Shown: positions 55,363 to 64,000 of the stretch, one piece after another | Layout: every line of letters begins with the position of its first letter | How positions within the stretch are numbered: position 1 is the first letter of the stretch | From: an uncultured Candidatus Saccharibacteria bacterium | GTDB lineage: Bacteria; Patescibacteriota; Minisyncoccia; Phycocordibacterales; UBA9973 | Direction: 5' to 3' | DNA length: 64,000 nt | Assembly (NCBI GenBank): GCA_964474435.1 | Contig: CAYYSI010000002.1 | Coordinates: 163,604-227,603, forward strand | The notes under the pieces: model-generated | The model's database searches: none | Told to the model about the DNA's origin: nothing | What the model saw: only the letters and a program-made list of their open reading frames with translations | Translations under genes and position numbers: made by a program

Positions 55363-56468
55363 GCACCTCTCCCCGCACAGGATGGACGCGTCTGAAGCAC
55401 GATCTGTTTCTCAAGTCGCGCGCCTTTGGGCTCCACAATCAGTCAAACTTTTTTATTCAAAACCTCGCCGTGCTCATCGGGGCAGGGATGTCGATCTCTA
55501 CCGCACTCTCGTCAGTCTATGATGAAGTTCGGTCACGTCGCATGCGCTCTGCGATTCGCGATATCATCACAGATGTTGATAATGGTCTGCCACTCTCCAA
55601 AGCCATTGCTCGTGCAGAGATCGTCTCGCCCCACACACTCTCGCTCATCGAGCTCGGAGAACTCTCGGGTCGACTCTCTCAAAATCTCCAAGTTGCCGCA
55701 CTTCAAAATGAAAAGGAAGCAGTCTTTCGTTCTCGTGTGCGCTCCGCGCTTGCGTACTCCTCATTCGTCTTCGTCGTGGCACTTGTCGTCGGGATTGGAG
55801 TCGCATGGTATGTTCTGCCCAAGATCGCCGTCTTTTTCACTGAGCTTGATGCATCACTTCCGCCATTAACGCGGACCATCATTAGTATTGGCACCTTTCT
55901 TCAAAATTATGGATACATCTTTGTCCCTGCGTTTTTTATCATCTGCGCGATTTTATTTTACTTCCTCTTTTCATTTCCCAAGACCAAGTTTATCGGGCAT
56001 ACCATCCTCTTTCATATTCCTATTATCAAACGACTGATACTTGAGACAGAGGTTGCACGATTTGGATTCCTTGCGGGTAGCATGGTCAAAGCCGGCGTGC
56101 CGATCTACACCGTCTTTCAGCTCCTGCCGAGTACGACGACCTTTGGCAACTATCGCGCGTTTTATACATTCATTTCTGAACGTATCATGGAAGGTTCGTC
56201 ATTTCAGCGCGCATTCAACGACTACGAGCGTATCGGTGCTATCATGCCGCTCTCTGTGCGCCAGATGATCATTGCTGCCGAACAGTCCGGGACACTTTCG
56301 GATACGCTTACCAAAGTGGGGGATATGTACGAAGCCAAGGTCGAAACAACGTCGCGCAATATTCCTGCATTTCTTGAGCCGGCACTTCTCCTTATCATCG
56401 GTACCATGGTTGGCATTCTTGCACTCGGTATTATCATGCCGGTCTATCAGATTGGTAATAGCTTCTAA
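55359..56468 (+). CDS. pilC: Type IV pilus / T2SS inner-membrane platform protein (PilC/GspF family).
   Basis: 369 aa with two T2SSF repeats (...LIELGELSGRLSQ... / ...IAAEQSGTLSDTL...) and 3 TM helices. Confidence 0.85.
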   Translation: MSTSPRTGWTRLKHDLFLKSRAFGLHNQSNFFIQNLAVLIGAGMSISTALSSVYDEVRSRRMRSAIRDIITDVDNGLPLSKAIARAEIVSPHTLSLIELGELSGRLSQNLQVAALQNEKEAVFRSRVRSALAYSSFVFVVALVVGIGVAWYVLPKIAVFFTELDASLPPLTRTIISIGTFLQNYGYIFVPAFFIICAILFYFLFSFPKTKFIGHTILFHIPIIKRLILETEVARFGFLAGSMVKAGVPIYTVFQLLPSTTTFGNYRAFYTFISERIMEGSSFQRAFNDYERIGAIMPLSVRQMIIAAEQSGTLSDTLTKVGDMYEAKVETTSRNIPAFLEPALLLIIGTMVGILALGIIMPVYQIGNSF

Positions 56469-56899
56469 TGAGTATGCAGCGAGGATTCTCTATCATCGAA
56501 GTACTCGTCACGATCTCGATCACTGCAGTACTTCTTGCAGTGTCAGTGAATGCGTATGCAAGTGTCAGGCAAACCCGTGACCCACTTCGCGTGAGCTATA
56601 TCTATAGCGACGCACTCAAACAAGCCATAGTGAAGGCGCGCGCGATGGACAATGACCTCTCGTGGGGAGTGCGCATCAACAGCGGTGCGATCGTCGTCTT
56701 TTCGGGGACTTCATACGCCACACGTGCAACCTCTCTCGACAAGACCTATTCATTCCCAACGACGGTCACTGCAACCGGTATTACCGAGGTCGTCTTCAAC
56801 AAATTTTCTGGACGAACAGTGACATCGGGCACCACGACCTTTAGCAATAGTTTCAGTTCGAAATCGGTCACCCTCACGAGCGGGGGAGCAATACAATGA
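56468..56899 (+). CDS. Pseudopilin or minor pilin with a class III (prepilin-type) signal.
   Basis: 143 aa. MSMQRG|FSIIEVLVTISITAVLL, with G at -1 and E at +5. Confidence 0.7.
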   Translation: MSMQRGFSIIEVLVTISITAVLLAVSVNAYASVRQTRDPLRVSYIYSDALKQAIVKARAMDNDLSWGVRINSGAIVVFSGTSYATRATSLDKTYSFPTTVTATGITEVVFNKFSGRTVTSGTTTFSNSFSSKSVTLTSGGAIQ

Positions 56900-57711
56900 G
56901 AAAATATTTTACACAATCAGGGATGACTGTTGTCGAAGCTGTCGTTGCGATCGGCGTGTTTTCGCTCATTGTTGGTATTGGATATCAACTCTATATCACA
57001 TCCAACAGACTTATCGTGCGTGCCGATACCAAGGCCCAGGCACTTGCGCTGGCCGAAGAAGGACTCGAAGCCGCTCGATCGATCCGGGATACTTCATACG
57101 CATCTTTGACACTGGGGACATCAGGGATTGCACAAAGTGGCAACAAATGGAATCTCTCGGGCTCATCTGATACGACGGGGATCTTTACGCGCACGCTCTT
57201 GATCGGGCTCGTCAGTGCCGATGAAAAATCAGTGCGGTCGACGGTGTCATGGAACGAACGAGGTACTGCATTATCAGTCGTTCTCAATACGAGTCTTACC
57301 AACTGGCGCAAGATCTCCTCCTCGATGTCCGCGGGGCTTACGGTTATTAGTAGTACTGCCAACCTCTCACTTTTGAGCAGTCTTCGATTACTTACAGGGA
57401 TCGGACTCTCGTCTACTGGTACGCCGTCCACGATCACGATTACGAGCATCCAAACGAGTTGGACAAAAAGTTCTCGTACTTTGCAGCAGATTCGCAGTCC
57501 CAACGGCACTGCCATTATGACCGGGTCATATGCATCAGGCACAAATGTCACGCTCACAACCCCGATCACGATGACTGGGGTAGGGACCCGTGGCCTCGAG
57601 TTCTACTTTAATGCGTCGATGAATGGCAATAATACTATTACAGTTATACTCACGTTCAGTGATGGTACAACCCAGACCTTTACTATTACCAATCCGCCAA
57701 CAGGGGTATAA
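56896..57711 (+). CDS. Pseudopilin or minor pilin with a class III signal.
   Basis: 271 aa. MRKYFTQSG|MTVVEAVVAIGVFSLIV. Confidence 0.65.
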   Translation: MRKYFTQSGMTVVEAVVAIGVFSLIVGIGYQLYITSNRLIVRADTKAQALALAEEGLEAARSIRDTSYASLTLGTSGIAQSGNKWNLSGSSDTTGIFTRTLLIGLVSADEKSVRSTVSWNERGTALSVVLNTSLTNWRKISSSMSAGLTVISSTANLSLLSSLRLLTGIGLSSTGTPSTITITSIQTSWTKSSRTLQQIRSPNGTAIMTGSYASGTNVTLTTPITMTGVGTRGLEFYFNASMNGNNTITVILTFSDGTTQTFTITNPPTGV

Positions 57712-57713
57712 GT

Positions 57714-58229
57714 ATGAAAAAATATTCATCACAACACGGTATGACGCTCATGGAGACCATCATTGCAATCGCGATCATGGCAATGCTCGTGCTTGCTGCA
57801 GCATCTCTGATATCCACATTCATGAAAAGCGAGCGCAGAAATCGTGCGATCTCTGAAACGGAATGGCAGGCGACGTCTCTGATCGAGCAGATCGAGCAAA
57901 GTGCGCGAAACGCAACCAGTATCACCACTCCCGCAACTGCGGGTAGTAGTGGGAGTACGCTTACACTTGCACTCACTGGTGTGACCGCAGAAAATCCAAC
58001 AACGTACTCGCTTTCATCGGGTGCACTCTTTGTGATAAAGGGGTTAGAGCCATCTACCCAGATTTCTTCGTCTCTCGTGACAGTGACATCATTCACCGTA
58101 ACAAATCTCACTGCAACTGGCACCAATGGTACGGTACGCATAGCACTCACACTTTCGTATAAAAATCCTTCCAATCAACCCGAGCTTGCATATACCACCA
58201 CGCGGTATACTACTGTTACCATACGATGA
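57714..58229 (+). CDS. Pseudopilin or minor pilin with a class III signal.
   Basis: 171 aa. MKKYSSQHG|MTLMETIIAIAIMAMLV. Confidence 0.65.
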   Translation: MKKYSSQHGMTLMETIIAIAIMAMLVLAAASLISTFMKSERRNRAISETEWQATSLIEQIEQSARNATSITTPATAGSSGSTLTLALTGVTAENPTTYSLSSGALFVIKGLEPSTQISSSLVTVTSFTVTNLTATGTNGTVRIALTLSYKNPSNQPELAYTTTRYTTVTIR

Positions 58230-58615
58230 TGACCCATCCACAACAACAAGGATTTGTCCTTCTCTATATTGTCCTCGTTATCTCCAGTATCACGGTTGCG
58301 ACTGCACTTGGCCTGGCACAACATGCGACCTTTACCGGAGATCGCATGAAGACGTATAATTCTATCGTCCAATTGCGCACGATCGAAATGTATTGTGCAG
58401 AAAACTTGATGATGCAAGTCCGCAATACAGCGACCCTCCTGAGCTCAGGGACCCTGACGTACAATGGGGGATCATGTACCTATACCGTTGCAGGTACACA
58501 ACCAGTCAAGACAATCAATATTGTTGCGACCTACGGCACGATGTACAAACGCCTCAATATCACGACCTCACAACTTTTCCCCGTGATTGTATCGAGCTGG
58601 GTTGAGACGCCGTAG
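58226..58615 (+). CDS. Minor pilin-like protein lacking Glu+5 (GspK/PilX-like).
   Basis: 129 aa. MMTHPQQQG|FVLLYIVLVISSI has G at -1 but Tyr at +5. Confidence 0.45.
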   Translation: MMTHPQQQGFVLLYIVLVISSITVATALGLAQHATFTGDRMKTYNSIVQLRTIEMYCAENLMMQVRNTATLLSSGTLTYNGGSCTYTVAGTQPVKTINIVATYGTMYKRLNITTSQLFPVIVSSWVETP

Positions 58616-58683
58616 GATTTTGATCCGTGTATAAAAATAAATAAGGCCTACCATCTTTTGATAGTAGGCCTATTTTTTAGTGT

Positions 58684-59103
58684 TTACGCAGTCAGGTATC
58701 GTGGGTTCACGATATAGTACCCTTCGGGAAGCGGTTGCGAAATGTCTGGGTGGTTGTCCGGTATGTTTTGTAAGTCCGGGTTTTCTTTTTTAAGACTTTC
58801 TAAATGCACGATCGATCGTACGACTGCTCCCATTTGCGATGCTGTGGTTACAGTCGCATAGATGATACCTTTTTCTTTCATGAGATTGGAAATCTCTTTT
58901 TCCATCTCATAGGCATAGTTTTTGCGTGAATGAGGGAGGTCATTGTCGAGATCTACAGGTTTTTTTTCTTTGAGAAATGAAAAAGGGCTTGCGGAGGCCG
59001 TGAGAGATAAAGTCTGTGCAATAGTTGCGGAAATGCTCTTACGCATAAATAAACAGTTTTTGGATTGTGAAGAAAGTGGGTTATTTCCATTATTATTACA
59101 CAC
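58684..59103 (-). CDS. Hypothetical protein.
   Basis: 139-aa ORF. The true start may be the internal MRKSISATIAQTLSLTASA, which is signal-like. No family recognised. Confidence 0.3.
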   Translation of the reverse strand: MCNNNGNNPLSSQSKNCLFMRKSISATIAQTLSLTASASPFSFLKEKKPVDLDNDLPHSRKNYAYEMEKEISNLMKEKGIIYATVTTASQMGAVVRSIVHLESLKKENPDLQNIPDNHPDISQPLPEGYYIVNPRYLTA

Positions 59104-59134
59104 TTCATAAATAAAGCAAGTATTTCACACAAGC

Positions 59135-59165
59135 AAAAAGCCGCCCTGGAGGGGCGGCTTTTTGT
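59135..59165. terminator. Strong bidirectional intrinsic terminator downstream of csp.
   Basis: aaaaagccgcccc-tgga-ggggcggcttttt. Confidence 0.65.
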
Positions 59166-59178
59166 GGATAGAGTGTGA

Positions 59179-59376
59179 TTACGCGCGCTGCACGTTTACC
59201 GCACTCATTCCTTTTTGAGAATCTTCTGTTTCGAAAGAAACAGCATCGCCTTCGCGAAGTTCGTCAAAGGTTACACCAACGAGAGAGTTAGCATGAAAGA
59301 AAAGATCTTTTGCTAGGCTTTCTGAAGCGATGAAACCAAATCCTTTGTCAGTCAGTTTTTTGATTGAACCAGTCAT
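59179..59376 (-). CDS. csp: Cold-shock protein (CspA family).
   Basis: 65 aa. KGFGFI (RNP1) and DLFFH (RNP2-like). A promoter-like TTGACT-17-TACTAT lies at ~59461-59492 on the minus strand, which would give a ~90-nt 5'UTR. Confidence 0.85.
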   Translation of the reverse strand: MTGSIKKLTDKGFGFIASESLAKDLFFHANSLVGVTFDELREGDAVSFETEDSQKGMSAVNVQRA

Positions 59377-59505
59377 TGAATTGAATTGTTTACGAATAAT
59401 TACAAAATGAACTGTCTCTAGAAAACGACTCCTTCCTCAACCTCGCTCTTTTGTACTTTTATAGTATCACCCTTTGATTAAAAAGTCAAGGTGATATTTT
59501 AATTG

Positions 59506-59892
59506 TGGAACTGGGGGGAATCGAACCCCCGTGCAAAAATGCAGAATATACAGGTCTACATGTGTAGCAAGGTTTGATGTTTAGAACGTGATCTTGAAAC
59601 AATGCAAAACAATCACATTCGAGTCTCGTCATTTTGGCGCACTACTGAGACGAGTAGTACTGCCTATCCCGATGAATGTTGCCGCGACCTATCTATCGGA
59701 AGTCGATAGAAGCGACACCAGCTTGGCCTAAGTTAGGCGAAGATTGGAATGGCTCCGGCCATACTAAAGTATGGTGAAGCCACCTTAGCGGAGTTCTTTG
59801 CAGATATCCTGTTGGACGACGTTTTGCGAGGGTACGTCCATGCTCGACATGCGTATATATTCGAAACAGTTTTGTCGAAACCAAACAGCCCC
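59506..59892 (-). ncRNA. ssrA: tmRNA (ssrA).
   Basis: The minus strand reads 5'-GGGGCUGUUUGGUUUCGAC..., against E. coli GGGGCUGAUUCUGGAUUCGAC. It ends ...GGGGGUUCGAUUCCCCCCAGUUCCA, a T-arm plus acceptor 3' strand that pairs with the 5' GGGGCUG. The in-frame tag ORF ends ...AGAIPIFA-UAA, and the stop sits inside hairpin GCCUAACUUAGGC. Genomic CAA replaces CCA at the 3' end. The gene lies immediately downstream of smpB. Confidence 0.7.
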
Positions 59893-60057
59893 GATTTTTG
59901 AACCCCACACCTCTTTACAGGGCGGGGGTGAAAAAATCGTCCAGGGCCGTACGCAGAGCGTGCGGCATCGGGCGAATTTTCTTTGTTTACTTCGTACAAA
60001 ACTTCGCGCCAGGAGATTTTTTGTAGTAAGCAAAAAATTCGTGGTGCTAATTTTCTT

Positions 60058-60498
60058 CTATTCACCACGCCGCACCTCACGATCAAGATCGCGAGATTTC
60101 AGTGTGGCTCTCTTGTCAAAGGTCTTCTTTCCTCGGGCAACGGCAAGCTGAAGCTTGATCTGCCTCCCTTTACCATACAGTGAGACGGGGATGATCGTCA
60201 AACCTTTCACCTTGAGTTCTTTGGCCAGATACAAGAGCTCCTTTTTGTGTACGAGGAGGTTGCGTGTGCGATAGGGGTCAAAGCCAGGCTCGGCATTCTT
60301 TTCTTGCCATGCAGGAATGTGTGCACCCAGGAGCACCAGGGAGCCGTCTACTATAGATACATATGCAGCCGAAAGAGAACCATGATGCGCCTTCACAGAT
60401 TTGACCTCAGTACCCAGGAGTTCAACTCCAGCCTCGATTGTTTCCTCGAGGTGATAGTCAAACGTCGCCTTTTTGTTACGCAGATATTCCATAGCCAA
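60058..60498 (-). CDS. smpB: SsrA-binding protein SmpB.
   Basis: 146 aa. ...NKKA.FDY.LEE..EAGV.L.GTEVKS ... LLGAHI..W ... LLVHKKEL, canonical SmpB. Confidence 0.9.
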   Translation of the reverse strand: MAMEYLRNKKATFDYHLEETIEAGVELLGTEVKSVKAHHGSLSAAYVSIVDGSLVLLGAHIPAWQEKNAEPGFDPYRTRNLLVHKKELLYLAKELKVKGLTIIPVSLYGKGRQIKLQLAVARGKKTFDKRATLKSRDLDREVRRGE

Positions 60499-60532
60499 AT
60501 GGTAACATATTCCTTTATAAGGAACGGCAAAA

Positions 60533-62452
60533 ATGTCATTTTTGTGTATAATGCTTGGAATGGAAAAGACACCAAAGGCGCAAGCGCCAAAACCTACTCA
60601 GAAACCCAAGCGACCACTGACGTCGTATATTTTTTCGACACTCCTTATATTTGCGATCCTCACCGCGCTGTACTCAATGGTCGCTGACATGGGTGGCAAA
60701 AAGGTAGAAACAGTGGGACTCTCAGAGGTTGCACGCATGGTGACTGCCGGGGAAGTGAAGTCGATCAGTATTGATGGACAAAGCCTCACCGTTATAAAAA
60801 ATGATGACACGACTGTGAAGTCTAAAAAAGAACCTGATGCAGCGCTTACTGAAACATTAGTGTCATATGGTGTCGAACCAGTGAAACTTGCGGCAGTTGA
60901 TGTGAACGTTGTTGCGCAATCTGGATTTGGATTTTTCTTGCTGAATATTTTGCCAATACTATTGCCAGTAGTACTTGTCGTATTTTTCTTTTGGATGCTG
61001 TCTCGTCAGGCAAAGGCAGGTGGGATGCAGGCATTTAGTTTCGGCCAGTCCAAGGCGCGTGTGACTGATCCGTCGGACACCAACAACCGTGTCACATTCA
61101 AAGACGTCGCAGGTGCTCGTGAAGCAAAAGAAGAACTCAAAGAGATTGTCGACTTCTTGAAAAATCCAAAGAAATTCTTGGATATTGGTGCACGCATCCC
61201 TAAAGGTGTACTCCTGACAGGAAGCCCGGGAACAGGGAAGACATTGCTTGCCCGAGCTGTTGCAGGCGAAGCTGGTGTGCCATTCTTTCACCTCTCTGGT
61301 TCAGAATTTGTAGAAATGTTTGTTGGAGTTGGTGCATCACGTGTACGAGACTTATTCAAAATGGCAAAGCGCGCATCCCCATCTATCATGTTCATCGATG
61401 AGATTGATGCAGTGGGACGTGTCCGAGGTGGAGGCTATGGCGGGGGAAATGACGAGCGTGAGCAGACACTCAACCAGATCCTTGTTGAGATGGATGGTTT
61501 CGAACCAAATGATAAAGTCATCGTTATGGCTGCAACCAACCGTTCAGATGTCCTTGATCCGGCATTGCTTCGTCCAGGTCGCTTTGATCGACGTGTGACT
61601 CTCGACTTGCCAGATCGTCGTGATCGTGAAGAAATCCTCACAGTACACTCAACCAAGAAACCATTTGGAGAAGATGTAAATCTCAAAACGATCGCAGAGC
61701 GAACACCAGGATTCTCGGGTGCAGATCTTTTCTCGCTCATGAACGAAGGAGCGATCCTTGCCGCACGCGAAAATAGAAAGAAGATTTCACAATTTGATCT
61801 CGTCCGCAGTATCGAAAAAGTGATGATGGGTCCAGAGCGCAAGAGTCATCTCATGACCAAACATGAAAAGGATATTGTGGCGTACCACGAGGCAGGGCAC
61901 GCACTTGTCGCATCGGTGCTTCCTGATGCAGATCCAGTACACAAAGTGTCGATCGTTGCACGTGGACGAGCAGGAGGATTTACGATGAAGATCGAACTCG
62001 AAGAAAAGAAATTGCATTCGAGCAAGGAATACTTCGATGACATCGCGATGTCGCTTGGTGGCTATGCTGCAGAGCAGATAATATTTGGCGATGTGACAAC
62101 TGGTCCATCCAACGACCTTCAGGTGGCAAGTAACCTCGCACGCGCAATGGTAACGAGATGGGGTATGAGTCAGGTCATCGGACCTCGCGCCCTTGAAAAT
62201 GATGGTGGTACTCCGATGTTTGGTCACGGTGTCGAAAAGGAATATTCAGAAAAGATGTCTGCAGTCATCGACGCGGAGGTAGAGCGCATTATGAAAGAAG
62301 GGCTTGAGCGCGCAACTGCTGTGCTCACCGAACATCGCAAGGTCCTCGACATCATCGCCAAGAAATTGATCGAAGTAGAAACGCTTGAACAAGCTGAGTA
62401 CGAAACAATCCTCACTGCCCATGGCATCCCTCTCAAGAAAATTGAAAGTTAG
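60533..62452 (+). CDS. ftsH: ATP-dependent zinc metalloprotease FtsH.
   Basis: 639 aa. Two TM helices. AAA motifs [17 protein letters not shown] and DEIDAV. SRH. Zn site HEAGHAL. Confidence 0.9.
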   Translation: MSFLCIMLGMEKTPKAQAPKPTQKPKRPLTSYIFSTLLIFAILTALYSMVADMGGKKVETVGLSEVARMVTAGEVKSISIDGQSLTVIKNDDTTVKSKKEPDAALTETLVSYGVEPVKLAAVDVNVVAQSGFGFFLLNILPILLPVVLVVFFFWMLSRQAKAGGMQAFSFGQSKARVTDPSDTNNRVTFKDVAGAREAKEELKEIVDFLKNPKKFLDIGARIPKGVLLTGSPGTGKTLLARAVAGEAGVPFFHLSGSEFVEMFVGVGASRVRDLFKMAKRASPSIMFIDEIDAVGRVRGGGYGGGNDEREQTLNQILVEMDGFEPNDKVIVMAATNRSDVLDPALLRPGRFDRRVTLDLPDRRDREEILTVHSTKKPFGEDVNLKTIAERTPGFSGADLFSLMNEGAILAARENRKKISQFDLVRSIEKVMMGPERKSHLMTKHEKDIVAYHEAGHALVASVLPDADPVHKVSIVARGRAGGFTMKIELEEKKLHSSKEYFDDIAMSLGGYAAEQIIFGDVTTGPSNDLQVASNLARAMVTRWGMSQVIGPRALENDGGTPMFGHGVEKEYSEKMSAVIDAEVERIMKEGLERATAVLTEHRKVLDIIAKKLIEVETLEQAEYETILTAHGIPLKKIES

Positions 62453-63446
62453 TATTGTTGTCGCGGTACTCGCGATAGGTGTGTTTGTTGGTGTTGCAAT
62501 TGCGCCATCTCGGCATGTGCAGGTTGTGGAAAAGAAAGAAGTTAGTAAACCCATCACACTGACATTGGCTGGGGACATCATGATGGATCGCGGAGTACGT
62601 CGCAGTATCGAAAAGAATTTTGCGAATGACTATAACGCACTGTTTATAAACACTCCATATCTCGCAGATGCAGATATCGCATTTGCAAATCTCGAGGGAA
62701 CTGCGACCACTGACATCAGTCCACGAACGGGAAGTCGGTTTTCATTTCGTATGAATCCTGACTCACTTGGTGCGATAAAAAATAGTGGGATTGATATTGT
62801 ATCGTTTGCAAACAATCATGTGGGGGATTATTCGACTAAAGGATTCTTGGGAACAATTGAAAATTTGAAATCAAATAACCTACTCTATGCAGGAGCAGGG
62901 GAGAATTATGTTGATGCAACAACACCGACCACCATCGCAGTACGTGGAATGAAGATAGGATTTCTTGCAGCAACTGATGTTGGACCAGACTGGCTGGCAG
63001 CGACAGATACCAAACCAGGAATTTTGCTTGCAAGTGACCCAAAGCTTGCAGATGTCGTTGTGAATGCAAAAGCACAAGTCGATATACTCGTTTTGTCTCT
63101 GCACTGGGGTAATGAATATTCTCCGGCAAATACCAAACAAGAAAAAATCGCGCATGCTGTCATCGATGCAGGTGTAGACATTGTCGCCGGACATCATCCA
63201 CATGTGATGGAGCGAGTGGAGGAGTACAACGGCAAACCTATTTTTTATAGCCTTGGCAACTTTATCTTTGATCAATATTTCTCAGAGCACACCATGCGCG
63301 GCATGGTCGCGACAGTATCGATCGATCCAGAAACAAAAGCTATTGCTCACACAGAACACGTGAGTACACTTTCCAAACAATATATTCCGCAAGCTCTTGT
63401 TCCGTTGACTGAGGATCTATTGATTACGAAATCATTTACGCCGTAG
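62442..63446 (+). CDS. capA: CapA/PgsA-like metallophosphatase (poly-gamma-glutamate capsule biosynthesis family), membrane-anchored.
   Basis: Track ORF 62385-63446. The probable start is TTG 62442 or an upstream ATG, overlapping the ftsH stop. LTLAGDIMMDRG ... ANLEG ... SFANNHVGDY ... LSLHWGNEY ... GHHPHV fit the PGA_cap family. Confidence 0.65.
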   Translation: MKVSIVVAVLAIGVFVGVAIAPSRHVQVVEKKEVSKPITLTLAGDIMMDRGVRRSIEKNFANDYNALFINTPYLADADIAFANLEGTATTDISPRTGSRFSFRMNPDSLGAIKNSGIDIVSFANNHVGDYSTKGFLGTIENLKSNNLLYAGAGENYVDATTPTTIAVRGMKIGFLAATDVGPDWLAATDTKPGILLASDPKLADVVVNAKAQVDILVLSLHWGNEYSPANTKQEKIAHAVIDAGVDIVAGHHPHVMERVEEYNGKPIFYSLGNFIFDQYFSEHTMRGMVATVSIDPETKAIAHTEHVSTLSKQYIPQALVPLTEDLLITKSFTP

Positions 63447-63939
63447 CTTTATCAGCCCCTTTTGATCCAAGTTCGCTTTCTGCCATTTCGAGGAGTTCGT
63501 AGTGCCAGTCCACGCCTTCTGATGCAAGTACGGTGAGTGCTGCATGATCGAGTGCTTCTGCAGCACCACGAACAAGTGCCCAATGCACAACTGCAGCTCC
63601 CTCAAAAAATCCACTCCATTCCAAAAGTTCAGTTGCATTGTCCCACTGGTCTCCGACATAGAGATCGCGCATCGCACGAAGCTTTTCCGAAGTCTTGTCA
63701 GCTTTTGCAAAAGTGGTCTCATTCACGCCTGCATCAGTTGCGATCTTGGTAATAGTTTCGCCGTGCATTTTATTGTGCTCTTCCATATCAAGGATTCTTT
63801 CTTCACCGAGGACTGCCACAAGTGCCGCGCGCCCTTTCTCGAGTGTCTCAGTTCCTACCCGATTAAATGCCAATACTTCACCCAACTTTTTTGCAACAAA
63901 TTCATTTATCATACCTATAGTGTACACCCCTTTTTGCAC
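63436..63939 (-). CDS. Hypothetical ferritin-like four-helix-bundle protein (DUF892/YciF-like).
   Basis: 167 aa. It is helical, with paired E/H-containing segments (EEHNKMHGE ... HWALVRGAAEALDHAAL). The family assignment is weak. Confidence 0.35.
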   Translation of the reverse strand: MQKGVYTIGMINEFVAKKLGEVLAFNRVGTETLEKGRAALVAVLGEERILDMEEHNKMHGETITKIATDAGVNETTFAKADKTSEKLRAMRDLYVGDQWDNATELLEWSGFFEGAAVVHWALVRGAAEALDHAALTVLASEGVDWHYELLEMAESELGSKGADKATA

Positions 63940-63977
63940 AAATAGGGTAATGCATATAGAATCAAGGGGTAATTTCC

Positions 63978-64000
63978 GCCTGTAGCTCAGTTGGTAGAGC
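63978..64000 (+). tRNA. 5' portion of a tRNA gene, truncated by the window end.
   Basis: GCCTGTA GCTCAGTTGGTAGAGC is an acceptor 5' strand followed by a canonical D-arm. The anticodon is not within the window. Confidence 0.55.

Noticed and set aside
61435-62227. Minus-strand ORFs inside ftsH
   Set aside because: Antisense to FtsH, which is unambiguous.

Overview
This window reads as a chromosomal segment from a small, streamlined bacterial genome, most consistent with a Candidate Phyla Radiation (Patescibacteria-like) organism. That placement is inference from gene content: rpmD (L30) and rpmC (L29) are absent from their canonical positions, Shine-Dalgarno sites are weak, many secreted hypothetical proteins are present, and competence and type IV pilus-like genes occur together. 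I found no rRNA, CRISPR array, integrase, transposase or prophage genes.

The core of the window is a long ribosomal-protein cluster at ~25.0-44.6 kb. Its order is rpsL-rpsG-fusA / tuf-rpsJ / rplC-rplD-rplW-rplB / rpsS-rplV-rpsC-rplP-rpsQ-rplN-rplX-rplE / rpsZ-rpsH-rplF-rplR-rpsE-rplO-secY-adk-map. At least four points in this cluster are interrupted by AT-rich accessory genes, each insulated by near-identical intrinsic terminator plus sigma70-like promoter cassettes: a 141-aa ORF between fusA and tuf; a four-gene island between rpsJ and rplC led by a MazF/PemK-like toxin; a dgkA-like kinase between rplB and rpsS; and a CPBP-like membrane protein between rplE and rpsZ.

Flanking regions carry a cyclodipeptide synthase homologue next to a TfoX-N protein, and a cluster of paralogous cysteine-rich secreted proteins. 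They also carry tpiA-pgk followed by two copies of a ~65-nt small-RNA-like unit with a covarying stem, plus recJ. A ComEC gene is split into separate membrane and MBL genes with a superoxide dismutase gene between them. Further along are rpmB, a 1165-aa YVTN beta-propeller surface protein with a peptidoglycan-binding domain, rplT-rpmI-infC, truB, a sensor kinase and response regulator feeding into pilB/gspE-pilC/gspF plus four pseudopilins, then csp, smpB-ssrA (tmRNA), ftsH, a CapA-like gene and a truncated tRNA at the window end.

CDS coordinates follow the supplied ORF track, with starts re-chosen where homology indicated a downstream start. RNA and regulatory coordinates were counted by hand and may be off by a few nucleotides.
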